This document shows, one piece after another, positions 26,666-39,787 of a DNA stretch of 64,000 bases. This stretch comes from Octopus vulgaris (taxonomy: Eukaryota), in NCBI GenBank assembly GCA_951406725.2, contig OX597823.1, positions 37,820,001-37,884,000 on the forward strand, read 5' to 3'. The translations under genes were made by a program, and so were the position numbers. Below the pieces are notes generated by a model, which was given only the letters and a program-made list of their open reading frames with translations, had not been told where the DNA came from and searched no databases. How positions within the stretch are numbered: the first letter of the stretch is position 1; the number at the start of each line of letters is the position of its first letter.

Positions 26666-28842
26666 CATTGGTAGTCAGCTAACTACTGTTGGATGTTATA
26701 CAGGGATGAACCTGAGACAAAACACCATAGAAATTCCAAATCCCAAAGATTTTAAGTTGTTATGCATTTGAGTGTGTTCTAACTTATTTGTATACAATAA
26801 TTTTAATTTTGTACAATAAAAAGCCATGAAATTATCGTATTTTGTATTCAATATACTTTATATAGACATGCTTTATGTATCCTATAAATGAAAACAGCAG
26901 GTATCATTAACATGAAAATGTGACCTGATAGAGGAAATTGGACTTCAGATTCATAAATAGCATCAAAAATTAATCCAGAAAAGTCAATCAGCAACTCTGA
27001 TGATTAAAAAAGTTTCATTTGTTAACCAGTGTTATCTGAGTATGAAACTTGATAACCCTGCATTCCAAAATCCTTGATAATGTTGTTTTATTGATGCAAT
27101 ATCTTGATGAAAGTGTTCCCCTTGCTCATCAGACACTGCTCCAAGGTTCTCTGCAAAAAAGTCCAGATGTGAATCAAGGAAATGGACTTTTAGTGACATC
27201 CAACAGTCCATTGCAGCATAGGAGTCTAGAAGACATTTCACTCCATTTCTAAATTCTAGAGATCTCTTGTTGCCTGGGAAATTTTCACAGAGCCATTTAA
27301 AGGATTCCCAGGCTTTAAGCTCAATCTCATCCAGTGCTGTGAGGAAGTGGTTGTCCTTCAGGAGTTCTTTTATCTTCAAACCTATGAATACGCCCTCCTT
27401 CAGTTTTGCCTTGGGGATTTTTGGAAATTTGGCCTTCACATATTCAAAAGCTTTTGAGCTTTTCCTGGCAAGTGTCTTCACGAATTGTTTCATGGGGCCA
27501 AGCTTTATGTGAAGAGAGGGAAGGAGAACATTTTCTGGATTTAAAAGTGGCTTACTCTGGATGCTAGAAACTCCTGGCTCATATGATTTTCGCAAAGGCC
27601 ACTCTGATTGCACATAGTGTTTGTTAGTTGCACAACTGTCCTATAGGCATAAAAAGCAACAATATTTGGTGAACCCAGATTGCATTCCCATCAACATTCC
27701 AATCACCTTCAAGTCTCCACATATTTTCCAGCTGTAGTTTTTATACTTTATGGCATTGAGGAGTACTTGTATGTATTCATAACACTCCTTCATGTACACT
27801 GAATGCCTTATGGGAATGGATGGTTTCTTATTGCCGTTGTGTAGTAGTACTGCTTTGAGGCTTCTCTTAGATGAATCAATGAATAAGTGCCATTCAGCAG
27901 GAACATGCTCTTGGAACAAACAGTGAAATAACTCATCAGTGTTATTACTGAAACAAAGTGGTCCATCAACAGAGAAGCATGAAGTCTGACCCCTATTTCT
28001 TTTCCTGAAATGAGTAATACAAACAGAGTAATACAAACAGAGTAATACAAAGCAGACACTTTTCTTGTAGCTTTATCCTTCGACAATGACAAGTCTCTAA
28101 CTAAATCATTTAACTCTCCTTGAGAAAATTTCTGTGGTACGTCTTCATTTTCAATCGTGAAATCTGCACCCACTTCAGTGTCTTCGATAGCAGTAATATT
28201 TTCTTCAGGAAATACTTCTTCGTCAGACATCTGAAGGCCATTTTCTGATGGTATTGGAATAGGAAGATCATCATCGTTGTGTGGTACTCGTCTTCTTGCT
28301 GATTCCAAGGTGGGATACACAATCTTATGCTTGGTCTTTACAGTAAACCCACATACATTAATGTTGCAGAAATAACAGTCCAAGAAATGATCCTTTGGCT
28401 CTCTCCATATCATAGGTATTGCAAGCAGCATTGCTCTCTTCCTCTTATTTAGCCAATCCCTTCGTCCATTTGAACAAACTAAGCAGATGATATGTGGGGC
28501 CCAACTCTTATCTTGTTCCCCGAGAGAACAGCCAAAGTATAACTGGCAGATCTTCTTGATTTTACTTGTGATGGCACGTTGCTGAGCTTTGGTGGTAAAT
28601 GAACAACAGACATGACAAAATATATCAGGACTGTTCTTGCAATGCTTTGACATAGTCAGAATTTACCTGTATAAGACGTTTACGTGTAGCGATACTGCTG
28701 ATGAGAGTTATATACCCCTCTTATCTCATCAGAAAAACTGTGCCTGATAGAAGGAAACCAATTACGTTTTTGAAATCGGCAGACAAAACTACATATAAAA
28801 CACTATATAATATCCCTGATGAAAATTGGCTGTTGACCAGTG
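26666..28842 (-). mobile_element. Chapaev3-type (CMC) DNA transposon, frameshifted, with inverted 3' end
   Basis: Terminus CACTGGTCAACA at 28842, TAA on both sides; transposase pieces 27808-28653 (FCHVC, WAPHIIC, WREPKDH..DCYFC), 27641-28036 (FIDSS, CGDLKV), 27032-27613 (LHIKLG, SDEQGE.FHQ). Confidence 0.82.
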
Positions 28843-28982
28843 TAATTGGATGGGCTTCTGTATAGCGTATTATGCATTATGCAGCAATCATTCACATGGT
28901 ACGCTATACCAGACTGTTGGATTACTGCATTATTTGAGCATGAAACTTGAAATAGATCACATATATTCTATTCATTAAACAA

Positions 28983-29013
<31 letters not shown>

Positions 29014-29628
29014 TCATATATATATATATATATATATATATTTATTTATGTGTTTGTGTGGGTGTATGTGCATATGGGTGTATCTGTTTTAAGTGTGTGC
29101 AAATCAATTAGATGCAGCCTAATGTCTTTGTAACATTCCAACAGAATCTCCATTACTTCTCTTCCCTTTTCCTTCCAATTCTTCCTCCTTCTCCTCATCA
29201 TTAGAATCCACTTCATCCTCTTCAATATCATTACATCCATTTTGGGTTTTGTTACTATCATCCTAACAAATACCCCACCCCCATCTCATCAATACTTCTA
29301 CTCTACTCTGATAGACTTTTCCATTGTCTGTTACAATTTCATCTCTTTTACTCTTTTACTAGCTTCAGTCATTTGACTGCAGCCATGCTGGAGCACCACC
29401 CTTAGATGAACAAGTTGACCCCAGGACTTATTCTATTGGTCTTTTTCAGTGAACCGCTGAGTTACAAGGATGTAAACACTCCAACATCAGTTGTCAAGTG
29501 ATGGTGGGGGAGGCAAACACAGACCTAAAAACATATATATATATATATATATATATATGTAGGTCCCGGGTTGATTCGGGGTTAACCACAGTAAATAAGG
29601 TACTCAATACATAGCAGAGTAAAATTAA

Positions 29629-29758
29629 TTTATTATATAGAAGGAGCTTCTACAGGACTAGAACTGTTTCATTCAAGAGAAATCTTCAGGAAGCTTCCTG
29701 AAGATTTCTCTTGAATGAAACAGTTCTAGTCCTGTAGAAGCTCCTTCTATATAATAAA
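29629..29758. repeat. Perfect 130-bp palindrome with a hammerhead-like core on each strand, Penelope-like terminus within (TA)n
   Basis: Exact mirror about aagctt at 29691-29696; each arm reads CTGAAGA-tttctcttgaat-GAAAC-agttcta-GTC...aataaa. Confidence 0.9.
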
Positions 29759-29781
29759 ATATATATATATATATATATATA

Positions 29782-31403
29782 CAGTTGCGGCCAAAATGTT
29801 CAGAACAGCATTGTTTTCGTCAGAAAAGTAGATATAATTTTTTATCAAAGTTGTTTTATATTCTATAATTTTCACAGACAATAAATACGATATTATTTGT
29901 TATTGCCTGAGATTTTGGTGTAATTTGAGAGGATAATACAAAAGTTATGGATGATTTAGTGATTTACTGCAAAACCCATGGCAGCCAAAATGATCAGAAT
30001 GGTTGCTTTTACTCCGTGTTTTAGTATATTTAACCGGCGAACTCTAATGTTTTGAATTTGTTTACGTGACGGTTCGTTTACTAAACATTAGTAAGAATAT
30101 TTGCAGTGTACTTTGTTAATATAATGCCACTTACTCCGTTACCAATTCGTCAGCAGATTATTAAGCTTCGAAGGAAGGATAATTTAAGTATTGAATCTAT
30201 TGCAAAGATTGTTAACAAGTCAAAAAGTGTTGTACACGGTATTCTTAAGGTCTACGATGATCGTGGTTCGTGTGAAGGAAGAAAGTTTACAGGTAGGCCA
30301 AGAAAAACGACCAAGAGAGAAGATCGTGCTATGGTAAAGTTGGTTAAAAAGGACAGATTTAAAACTGCAGCTGCTGTTTCTCGGAAAATGAGCATTGTAT
30401 TGAAGAAAAATTTATCTCCAAAAACTGTGTCTCATCATTTAGTTGAACATGACCTACAAGCAAGAGCACCTGCAGTGAAGCCACTGATCAGCTCCAAGAA
30501 TAAAAAGTGTCGTCTTACCTTTGCAACCGAACATGTGTTGTGGTCTCAAGAAAAATGGCAAACAGTGCATTTCAGTGATGAATCTAAGTTTATGCTATTT
30601 GGCTCAGATGGGAAAAGGTACGTTTGTAGAAAAGTAGGTGTAAAATTGTTGCCTAAATGCCTTAAGACTAGTGTTAAATTCGGTGGAGGAAGTGTCATGG
30701 TTTGGGGAATGATATCTGGAGATGGTGTAGGCCCTTTGGTGCGATTACATGGAGTTTATGCAGGAGTTTATAAACAACTTGTAAAAGATCATGTCTTGCC
30801 TGTGCTGAGAAATTCAACTAAGCGACCACCCATATTCATGCAGGACAATACCCCATGTCACAAGGCTAAGGTGGTCATGAACTTCCTCAAGGCTGAAAAG
30901 GTTATTGCTATGGATTGGCCAGCTCAAAGCCCAGATCTCAATCCTATTGAAAATGTGTGGAATATTCTAGGAGAACGTTTGAAAGCCAGAAATCCTAAAA
31001 CAACTGAGCAATTATGGAATGCCCTTCAGGAAGAATGGAATAAGATCACCCAGCAAGAAATTGAAAATTTAATTTCCTCATGCAGTCGAAGATGTCAGAA
31101 GGTGATTGAAGCTAAAGGGCTTAACACTAAATATTAAATAATTCCAGTATTCTCTGTCATTTTTGATTATTTTGTTATTTTTTCAACCGTTCTGATTATT
31201 TTGGCCGCCATGGGTTTTGCAGTAAATCACTAAATCATCCATAACTTTTTTATCCTCTCAAATTACACCAAAATCTCAGACAATAACAATTAATATTGTA
31301 TTTATTGTCTGTGAAAATTATAGAATATAAAACAACTTTGATAAAAAATTATATCTACTTTTCTGACGAAACAATGCCGTTCTGAACATTTTGACCGCAA
31401 CTG
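29782..31403 (+). mobile_element. Full-length IR/DR-type Tc1 transposon
   Basis: About 220 bp TIRs starting cagttgcggccaaaatgttcagaac, an inner direct repeat gccaaaatgatcagaa, and TA flanks inside a TA microsatellite. Confidence 0.95.
30124..31137 (+). CDS. Tc1 DD34E transposase, uninterrupted ORF (337 aa)
   Basis: Paired-like HTH with GRPRK, FSDESKF, QDN...(34 aa)...SPDLNPIE. Confidence 0.92.
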   Translation: MPLTPLPIRQQIIKLRRKDNLSIESIAKIVNKSKSVVHGILKVYDDRGSCEGRKFTGRPRKTTKREDRAMVKLVKKDRFKTAAAVSRKMSIVLKKNLSPKTVSHHLVEHDLQARAPAVKPLISSKNKKCRLTFATEHVLWSQEKWQTVHFSDESKFMLFGSDGKRYVCRKVGVKLLPKCLKTSVKFGGGSVMVWGMISGDGVGPLVRLHGVYAGVYKQLVKDHVLPVLRNSTKRPPIFMQDNTPCHKAKVVMNFLKAEKVIAMDWPAQSPDLNPIENVWNILGERLKARNPKTTEQLWNALQEEWNKITQQEIENLISSCSRRCQKVIEAKGLNTKY

Positions 31404-31418
31404 TATATATATACATAA

Positions 31419-31451
<33 letters not shown>

Positions 31452-31477
31452 TGTATGTATGTATGTATGTATGTATG

Positions 31478-31543
<66 letters not shown>

Positions 31544-31561
31544 CTTTTGTAAACCTTCCCG

Positions 31562-31600
<39 letters not shown>

Positions 31601-33575
31601 GCTTCTTTCAGTTTCCCTCTACTAAATCCACTCACAAGGCTTTGGTTAGCCGAAGGCTATAGTAGAAGACACTTGCCCAAGGTGCCATGCAGTGAGGCTG
31701 AACCTGGAACCATGTGGTTGGGAAGCAAGCTTCTTTATTTCATCAAATTTGCCGTAAAGACATTACATAGATAGAAACAAGTGCAGACTGGACATCAACA
31801 CAAATGAATGAATGATGAGCAAAATAAGGAGCAAAAAAGAAAATTTTTTTGAAAGTGGCTGGTTGCCGGTACCCAGTGATTCTTGAGGGATCCCCTTCCC
31901 CAAGTGTCACCTGTGCCTGGAAAAAAAAAATTGGTGAGAGAAGCAGATAACGCCTGCCTATCGATGCTTATCGAGAACATTGTTCTTTTTTTTTAAAAAC
32001 ACAAATGAGGTGTTGAACCTCTTACAATAATTACAAATTGAGGTGCTGAGCCTCTTATCAATCAAAAAAGTTCAGAAAATATTCAACTTGAGGTGCTAAG
32101 CCTCTTACCAATGTCCAAGTTCCAATTGAGGCACGAAGACCTCTCACGCTGCCTCCCGATTAAGTCTCTTGCTGCATGCAGGTAATCCTTCAGTCGCAAG
32201 CTGGAGTCCCAAAAAAGATAATTATATTCTTCTTTAGTAAAGGAATCCATTATCTTATAGAAGTAATCCGGGCTATCAATGCAGGTCAGGACTGCCTGTT
32301 CTCGACCTTCAAAATTCCTTACATAGTTCTCTACAGCCCCTCCCTTAAGAAAGGAAATCACAAATTGCTCATTTATTATACTGGGAAGGGCCACAGTTTC
32401 CTCCATTGGTGACACAATTCCCACCGACGAGGTCACGGGGACATGCTGGCAGTGTACTGCAAACTGCTGGCACTGTCCCATTCTTTTTCTTTTTTTTTGT
32501 CCTTGGTATGGGAGGGGGTGGTTCCTTTGCCTTAACCGGAGGATCATTGCTCCCTCCCACAGCTTTAGAGCCCTTCAGTGAGCAACCATTGTTGCCCACC
32601 TTCTTCCTGGCAGAAACATTAGCACGCCAGACAAAATGCTTAGCGATATTTTGTCTGCCATTACGTTCTGAGTTCAAATTCTGCCGAGGTCGACTTTGCC
32701 TTTCATCCTTCCAGGGTCGATTAAATAAGTACACTGGGGTCGATATAATCGACTTAATCCATTTGTCTGTCCTTGTTTGTCCTCTCTGTGTTTAGCCCTT
32801 TGTGGGTAGTATAGAAATAGGTATCTAGAATTGAAGAACTTCTGTCAATTTTAATAATGAAGAATGAGTTGTTCAAACAACTGAATTATTGATTGATTGA
32901 ATTAATTTTATGAAGTGGTTAAGTATTTTACAGACACATGTACCCTTAATGTAATTCTCAGGCAGAATCAGTGACTCAGATTGTCCAAGATGGATTTTTA
33001 AATGACAGGTACAATCCATCCAGAGGCTTCTTCACAGTTTCCAGGTCTATCTACTTTCATCCACAAGTATGATTTGACTCAAGACTATAATCCAAGATTC
33101 TTCATGGCAGACTCAGACCCACAGTCTTGTGATTGTGAAGTGAACTTAGATAATATAGTAGTTCCTGTGCCAGATATCTACTTCATAAAAATAATGGCCA
33201 TAACTAGGATGATTCTGATCACAGATCTCCTTAAACATGATTGACTTGGGGCTAAATAATACAAAACAAAAAAACAATAACGACAAACCACATTTCTGTT
33301 TTATTGTAGTTTTCTAAAAAAACGTCCATCAAATGATATTTTAATTTTTATCCAAAGCTGTATCTTGATACATCTAGTTTAGTCCAAGTTACTCTGAATT
33401 ACACTGAGTTTGCTGCTCCTGATTTCATCACCTGATCAATCATATTAATTATTATTTCACTTAATTGCAGACTGGAACATTGAATCATGTTTGACTCAAA
33501 TGATATTTCACATACTTTATTCATGGTATCATGCATATTACTATAGCATTAATAATAATTTTAAAATGATGATGG

Positions 33576-33608
<33 letters not shown>

Positions 33609-33639
33609 GTGTGTGTGTGTGTGTGTGTGTTTGTGTGTG

Positions 33640-33771
<132 letters not shown>

Positions 33772-33819
33772 TGTATGTATGTATGTATGTATGTATGTAT
33801 ATGTATATGTTTTATTGTT

Positions 33820-33899
33820 TTAGATATCTTCAGCATTTATTTTTAATCCACATGGTCGTTGGAACACCTGGTCTACTTCATGAATCCATTTATTGGCAA
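33820..33899 (-). CDS. P4HA: P4HA-like paralog A last coding exon (V)[25 protein letters not shown]
   Basis: tttctag acceptor in phase 1; NKWIHE..Q.F.RPC motif; TAA at 33820-33822. Confidence 0.93.
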
Positions 33900-33935
33900 C
33901 TAGAAATGAAAACAAAGACAGAAATATTGTCAAAT

Positions 33936-34001
<66 letters not shown>

Positions 34002-34024
34002 AATAAATAATAATAATAATAACA

Positions 34025-34064
<40 letters not shown>

Positions 34065-34067
34065 GTA

Positions 34068-34625
34068 AATGCCCTGATGCAATACCAGGCAGTGGCTCTC
34101 ATGGCTTCTGATCTTAACTGATTGGAAGTGTTATCATGTACATTGTTTTGTCTTGGTATAAAAGATGGGCTACAGCAAATATTCTGCTCAATACCACAGA
34201 TTTGCTTGTCAGTTGTTTGACTTTAACCAGTTGAGCATGTCCCTTAGTGGCTGGCGATATGTGCATCTCTGATCACGAGCAGAAGTAGTGGGGGAGCATC
34301 ATAGCCATGTGTTGAGAAGGATTCTTTGGGGTTTGAATAATTCACCTCTGGAAACATGGGTGGTTCTTTCAACATCCTTAAACAACTCTTATTCAGGGAC
34401 CTTTTGAGTGGGATGGGCTACTCAACCAGAAGAAAATTCTAACTGGGCCCCACCTGCAAGGTCATGTGCTGTTTATCTTTTTATGAGATCACCATGTCGC
34501 ACACATATGGTTGTGATGCATGTGCCTGGTGTACCCTTATCAGACGGGTAGTCATGATGGGTATATTGGGCTTCATATATTTTACCCCAGTGTCACTTTG
34601 ATGGCATGAACTGCTCTCTCACTCA
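34068..34625. mobile_element. ~560 bp non-coding interspersed repeat embedded in (AAT)n; second copy about 59600-60092, fragment about 43055-43220
   Basis: Colinear high-identity copies ending ctctctcactcaataataat next to AAT runs. Confidence 0.75.
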
Positions 34626-34652
34626 ATAATAGTAATAATAATAATAATGATG

Positions 34653-34695
<43 letters not shown>

Positions 34696-36669
34696 TAATA
34701 ATAATCATGATGAGGATAATAATGGTTTCAAATTTTGGCACAGGACCAGTAAGTTTGGGGTGGGGAGTCAAATCAAGTACATCAACCCCAGTACTCAACT
34801 GGTACTTATTTTATCGACCCCGAAAGGATGAAAAGCAAAGTCAACCTTGGCAACATTTGAACTCAGAATGTAAAAGACAGATGAAATGCTAAAAGCATTT
34901 TGCCCAGCATGCTAATGATTCTACCAGCTTGAATAATAACAACAGTTTTTGTGCAGTTAAAAAGATATCTGGTGTGGCATCTGGTGAGATGTGTTGTACA
35001 AGAAAACAGAGGTAAAAGAAGTATTTGAAAGAAACATCTAGACGAGGATATTTTATGGCTGATTTCAATTTAATGAAAAATATTTAATGAGATATTTAAC
35101 GAAACTGCAACAGTGATAACATTAAGAACAGCAAATTAATCGTGTCTGTTTTATAATGCAATAAACTTCTGAAATAGTAACGACAACTCCAATGGTTTGA
35201 GATGCTGTTATTTTGAATATTGCATTGTCAAGGAAGTTTGTTTTAGATGCCTCTATTACACAAATAAAGGGAACAGTAAATAAGAAATAGAGTTACTGTA
35301 TAATTAATAACTCTATTAAAGGAAGAAGCATTTGCACATCCCTTCATCCAGAAAAATTAATTTTAATATAAAAAGAAAATCATTTTCAAAATGCCAAAAA
35401 GTAAATAGTCTGAAAAACCTTCAGTTAATTCAATATCATTGTTAACTGTTAACCAATTATTTGTCAGGATCACCAATTGTAACCATAATGGAATAAATTA
35501 TGTTTATGAACATAATTTATTGTTACATTAATATAGGAGGTGTTAACACAATACAAGTAAATAAACATTCAAATAAAACAATGGATATGACAAAAGCAAG
35601 AAAGTCTTCATTGGGAATTCAATATTTAAGCTAATTAAGGCGGCAAGCTGGCAGAATCGTTAGCACATCGGGCAAAATGCTTAGCGTTATTTCGTCTGCG
35701 TTACGTTGTGAGTTCAAATTCCGCTGAGGTCGACTTTGCCTTTCACCCTTTCAGTGTCTATTAAATAAGTACCAGTTACGGACTGGGGTCGATGTAATCG
35801 ACTTAATACCTATGTCTGTCCTTGTTTGTCCTCTCTGTGTTTAGCCCCTTGTGGGTAGTAAAGAAATAGGTATTTCAGCTGTCTTTACGTTCTGAGTTCA
35901 AATTCCGCTGAGGTCGATTTTGCCGTTCATCCTTTCGGGGTCGATAAATTAAATACCAGTTGTGTACTGGCGTCAATGTAATTGACTGGCCCCCCTACCC
36001 AAAAATTTTGGGCCTTGTGCTTACAGTAGAAAAGAATATTTAAGCTAATTTCCACACATTAATTCATATTCTTGATGCCATGATGTGTCTTCTTCAGTTG
36101 TTCCAGGTTGAATATGTAGCTATGAAGACATCTATATGTGGAGAGTGAACATCACCAGAATCCAAATCACTCTGGTGTTTTGATGATCAGTTGAGCTGTA
36201 TTTGTTGGTTATGTTCATGGAAGGTTTTAGTCATACCACCAAACTATCCCATGAACAACAGCTGGGTTTGTGCACATGATCAAATTGTGATTTTTATGTG
36301 GTCAAATGTGGGATGTAGTCCAATTGTTACAAACGTAATCAAATACTATAAAACTGTGAAAAACTTAGAATCACAGAGATGAGCAGCAGACATAAACAAA
36401 CTAACTTGTTTACTGTGTCACAATTGCAAAACTGCCACTAGCTTGGGTTTTCCTTATTCCTGGGACCATTATTGTATAGAGGTGTGCACAACACAGAGGG
36501 ATTCAATGGTAGAGTGTCAGACTAAACATCTTGGTACTTCATTTCAAATGTTTACATTTTGTGTTCAAATTCTTGCACATTTTACTTTGCTTTACCTTCT
36601 TCCAGTCCATAATGACAGATACTTTGTCATTCTTGTAGTAATTTGCTGTAGTTGCAAGTGAATTCTTAC

Positions 36670-36766
36670 CCCATTTTGATCCTACCGCAACTGGACAATT
36701 AGCATGTAATGTCCTGGGATCTCGGCGCTGGTTTCTTTTCAAATTGTACCAAAAGACTGCTGAACC
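36670..36766 (-). CDS. P4HA: P4HA-like paralog A exon GSAVFWYNLKRNQRRDPRTLHANCPVAVGSKW
   Basis: gtttcag acceptor, G|GTAAGA donor, 97 nt; distal His and 2OG-binding Lys retained. Confidence 0.94.
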
Positions 36767-36901
36767 CTGAAACAGAAACACAATAATCACTTTAGGTGAG
36801 TTAGAGAACAAAACAAAAATAGTTCTGAATCCATGATGTTAATAGTACGGGATGGAAACTAATGTAATAACAATAAGAGGCTACGGTAATAGCAACTATA
36901 G

Positions 36902-36934
<33 letters not shown>

Positions 36935-37902
36935 CAACGACGATGATGATGATGACGACGACGACGATGATGACTACGATGATGATGATGATGACGACGA
37001 TGATGATGACTATGATGATGATGATGATGATGACGACGACGACGATGATGATGATGATGACTACGATGATGATGATGATGATGATGATGATGACGACGAC
37101 AACAATGATGATGATGATGGGGCTGTACTGGTTCTGACTTCTATAAACATAATAAAAAAACAATGCTGTCTTAACCTCCAGAAAGCTTTCAGTTCTTGGT
37201 ACTGTAGAGAGGTGAAGGGTATTTAATGAATAAATGATGTGTATCTTCATGGATGGATCTACCTCTTATGGTTAGATACTGATTCTACAGTGAAAGGTGA
37301 ACTGAGAAACAAGATTAACAATAATGTCTACATACAAAACACAATGTCCAAAGAAGAATTCAACTGAAGAACTGCTTCACCCAATATAATGTCCATTTAG
37401 AGTCCCATGGTCTAGTACTGCAGACACTGGGACACTTCATTTCTTCTTTTAACTATTACTTGTTTCAGTCAATGGATCACAGCCATGCTGGAGCATCACC
37501 TTGATGGGTTCAGTCAAATAACTTAACCCCAGTACTTATTTTTAAGTCTGGTACTTATTCTATCAGTCTCTTCTGTCAAACCACTAAGTTATTGGTTAAA
37601 CAAACTAGCACTGGCTGTCAAGTGGATGGGAGATACAAACACAAACACACAAACACACACACACACATGCACACACAAAATGGGCTTCCACATAGTTTCC
37701 ATCTACCAAATTCACTCATAAGGGTATGGTCAGTTCAGGATTATAGTAGAAGACATTTACCCAAGTTTACATGCATGGAACTGAACTCAAAACCGTATGG
37801 TTACAAGCTAGCTTCTTAACCACGCAACGAATCTAAAAGAAATTTTTTAAATATATTTCTTCCATCTCTAAAACATTTTTGACAAAACAGAGTAAGACCC
37901 AC

Positions 37903-37971
37903 CTTTATTACAGGTATCTGCACATTAATCCTTGGAAAAATTGTGGCTCCTCCAAGAGTAACATTGGACAT
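37903..37971 (-). CDS. P4HA: P4HA-like paralog A exon MSNVTLGGATIFPRINVQIPVIK
   Basis: cttctag acceptor, AAG|GTGGGT donor, 69 nt; MS.V..GGAT.FP motif. Confidence 0.93.
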
Positions 37972-39706
37972 CTAGAAGAGAGAAAGAAAAATGGTAAAAG
38001 AAGCAGGAGAAAAAAAAAGAAAAAGAAAATTGTGAATATTTCATTGAAGAATTTAGGGGTTATTTCTAGTAGTCATTTTTAGTAGTTGTTGCAGAAAGGA
38101 TGTGGTGATATTCGTGATACTGGGTGGGGGGTAGGGTGGGGGTGATGGTACTAGTGGTGATGACGGTGCTGGCGGTGGTGGTGGTGGGGTGGGGCTGGTG
38201 CTGGTGATGGTAATGGTGGTGGTGCTGATGGTGGTGATGGTGGCAGTTGTATACACACCAGGTCATTTATTAAGTGTGTGTTTAACCCTAGTGATTGTCA
38301 CACCTATTTTACTTCTTTAATTAAAGACTGGACAACCAAAACAAACCAATGTGATTGCTGTTAGTACACATCCACTAGATACAACAAACTCAATGTTATA
38401 GAAATGGTACATTCCTGAAAATATTGGTTTTAAATTTTGGTACAAGGTCAGCAAATTAGGGGTGGGGTTCAAATGGTACTTATTTTATCAACCCCAAAAA
38501 GGAGGAAAAGCAAAGTTGACCCCAGCAGCATTTGAACCCAGAATGTAAAAACATGAAATGCAGCTAAGAATTTTTGTCTGGCATGCTAATGATTTTGCCA
38601 GCTTGCTGCCTTAAACATTCTTCAAAATATTATGGTAACATTGAATTCCATAATTTGAAAGATCCTTCTCATCAACTTCCATTTTACATAGATTACTAGG
38701 AAATAGGTTTGGTATCATAGACTTCAAGATTTTCAGGAATACATTTTCACAATTGAGGTGACGTCTATCTGTGACAATTATTCTTGACAATTTTGGTAAT
38801 CTCATCGGAAGAAGTTTTAATTTTGTGCTTTTAGTTATGCAGGTATTTTGAAAATACCTCACGTAGTGATGACTGTGCCCTGCATAGTTTCAGGTTGCTC
38901 TTAGGCAAGGCATAGCACCCATTCAGCCACCCTTAATGGTGAAGTCATGGGACTGCAGCATGGCAGATTGTGAAGAGGTAGCAGAAGAACTCAACTGAGC
39001 CAGTGGTGCTTCTTACATTGATACTGATCAGAGGAATCCTAGAAGATTAAAGGTCAGGATCACCAAACCCTATCAAGAGAGTAACTGTAATGCATCCACA
39101 GGGGTGGTATCCATGGTTGTGTAATCAGCTAATAAAAGAGTAACGCTTTTACTCAAGCTCCCAATTCAAATTCATAATAATGGAATTGGATGGTGACAGA
39201 GAGTCATGGAAATCTGTGAAAGCAATGAAAAAGTTTTAAATAACAAGAGGGGTAAAAAAAAAAGGTTGTTGACTGCATTTTGTAAGGAAAATGTATCTTT
39301 TTTATTTGTAACATAAACTATTTAACATTTTCACCTTCTTTGACATCTTCAAGGTGTCACAAACCAATGGGAGGCATCTCAAGGGGAACACTTGACCTGT
39401 TAGAAATATCAGCCAAAATTTTCCACAAATCACACCCATCTGGAAGGAAGGTTCATCCAATGATGTGCTTTTACAAATCTCTAAAATATAGGGTGACCAC
39501 AGCTGGAGTACTTTTGATCATAGGTCTGTTTGATAAGAGCTAAAATGGGTCTAAGCACCCCACCACCATCACCACAACAAATAACAACAACAGCAGCAAC
39601 AACAACAATGGCAATAACAACAACCACAAAGTATTTTCAAAGCTTATTATTAAGTATTTAATTACTCTATCCAACCCAAAAAATGTCTATTAAAGCTGTG
39701 ACTCAC

Positions 39707-39787
39707 ATAAAGCATCCATGTAGCTATACGATCTCCAGAACCAATGAGGAATTGACTGGCAGATTTTTCCAACTGTTCCTTGGATTC
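39707..39787 (-). CDS. P4HA: P4HA-like paralog A exon ESKEQLEKSASQFLIGSGDRIATWMLY
   Basis: tatccag acceptor, GTGAGT donor, 81 nt; GDRIATW..Y motif. Confidence 0.93.

Noticed and set aside
28698-28732. ctgatgag...ctcatcag as a possible hammerhead
   Set aside because: CTGATGA is paired inside a simple hairpin in the transposon subterminal region; no GAAA/stem III/NUH layout
32083-32547. 154-aa minus-strand ORF in the intergenic region
   Set aside because: No recognisable domain, overlaps SINE and low-complexity sequence; probably a retroelement remnant that I could not assign
35637-35730. tRNA-like sequence with gagttcaaattcc B box
   Set aside because: SINE head repeated many times and continuing into a SINE core; no complete cloverleaf
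36852-37226. 124-aa Asp-rich ORF resembling acidic biomineral proteins
   Set aside because: Degenerate (GAT/GAC)n tract, antisense within a paralog A intron, no signal peptide; similar tracts occur across the window
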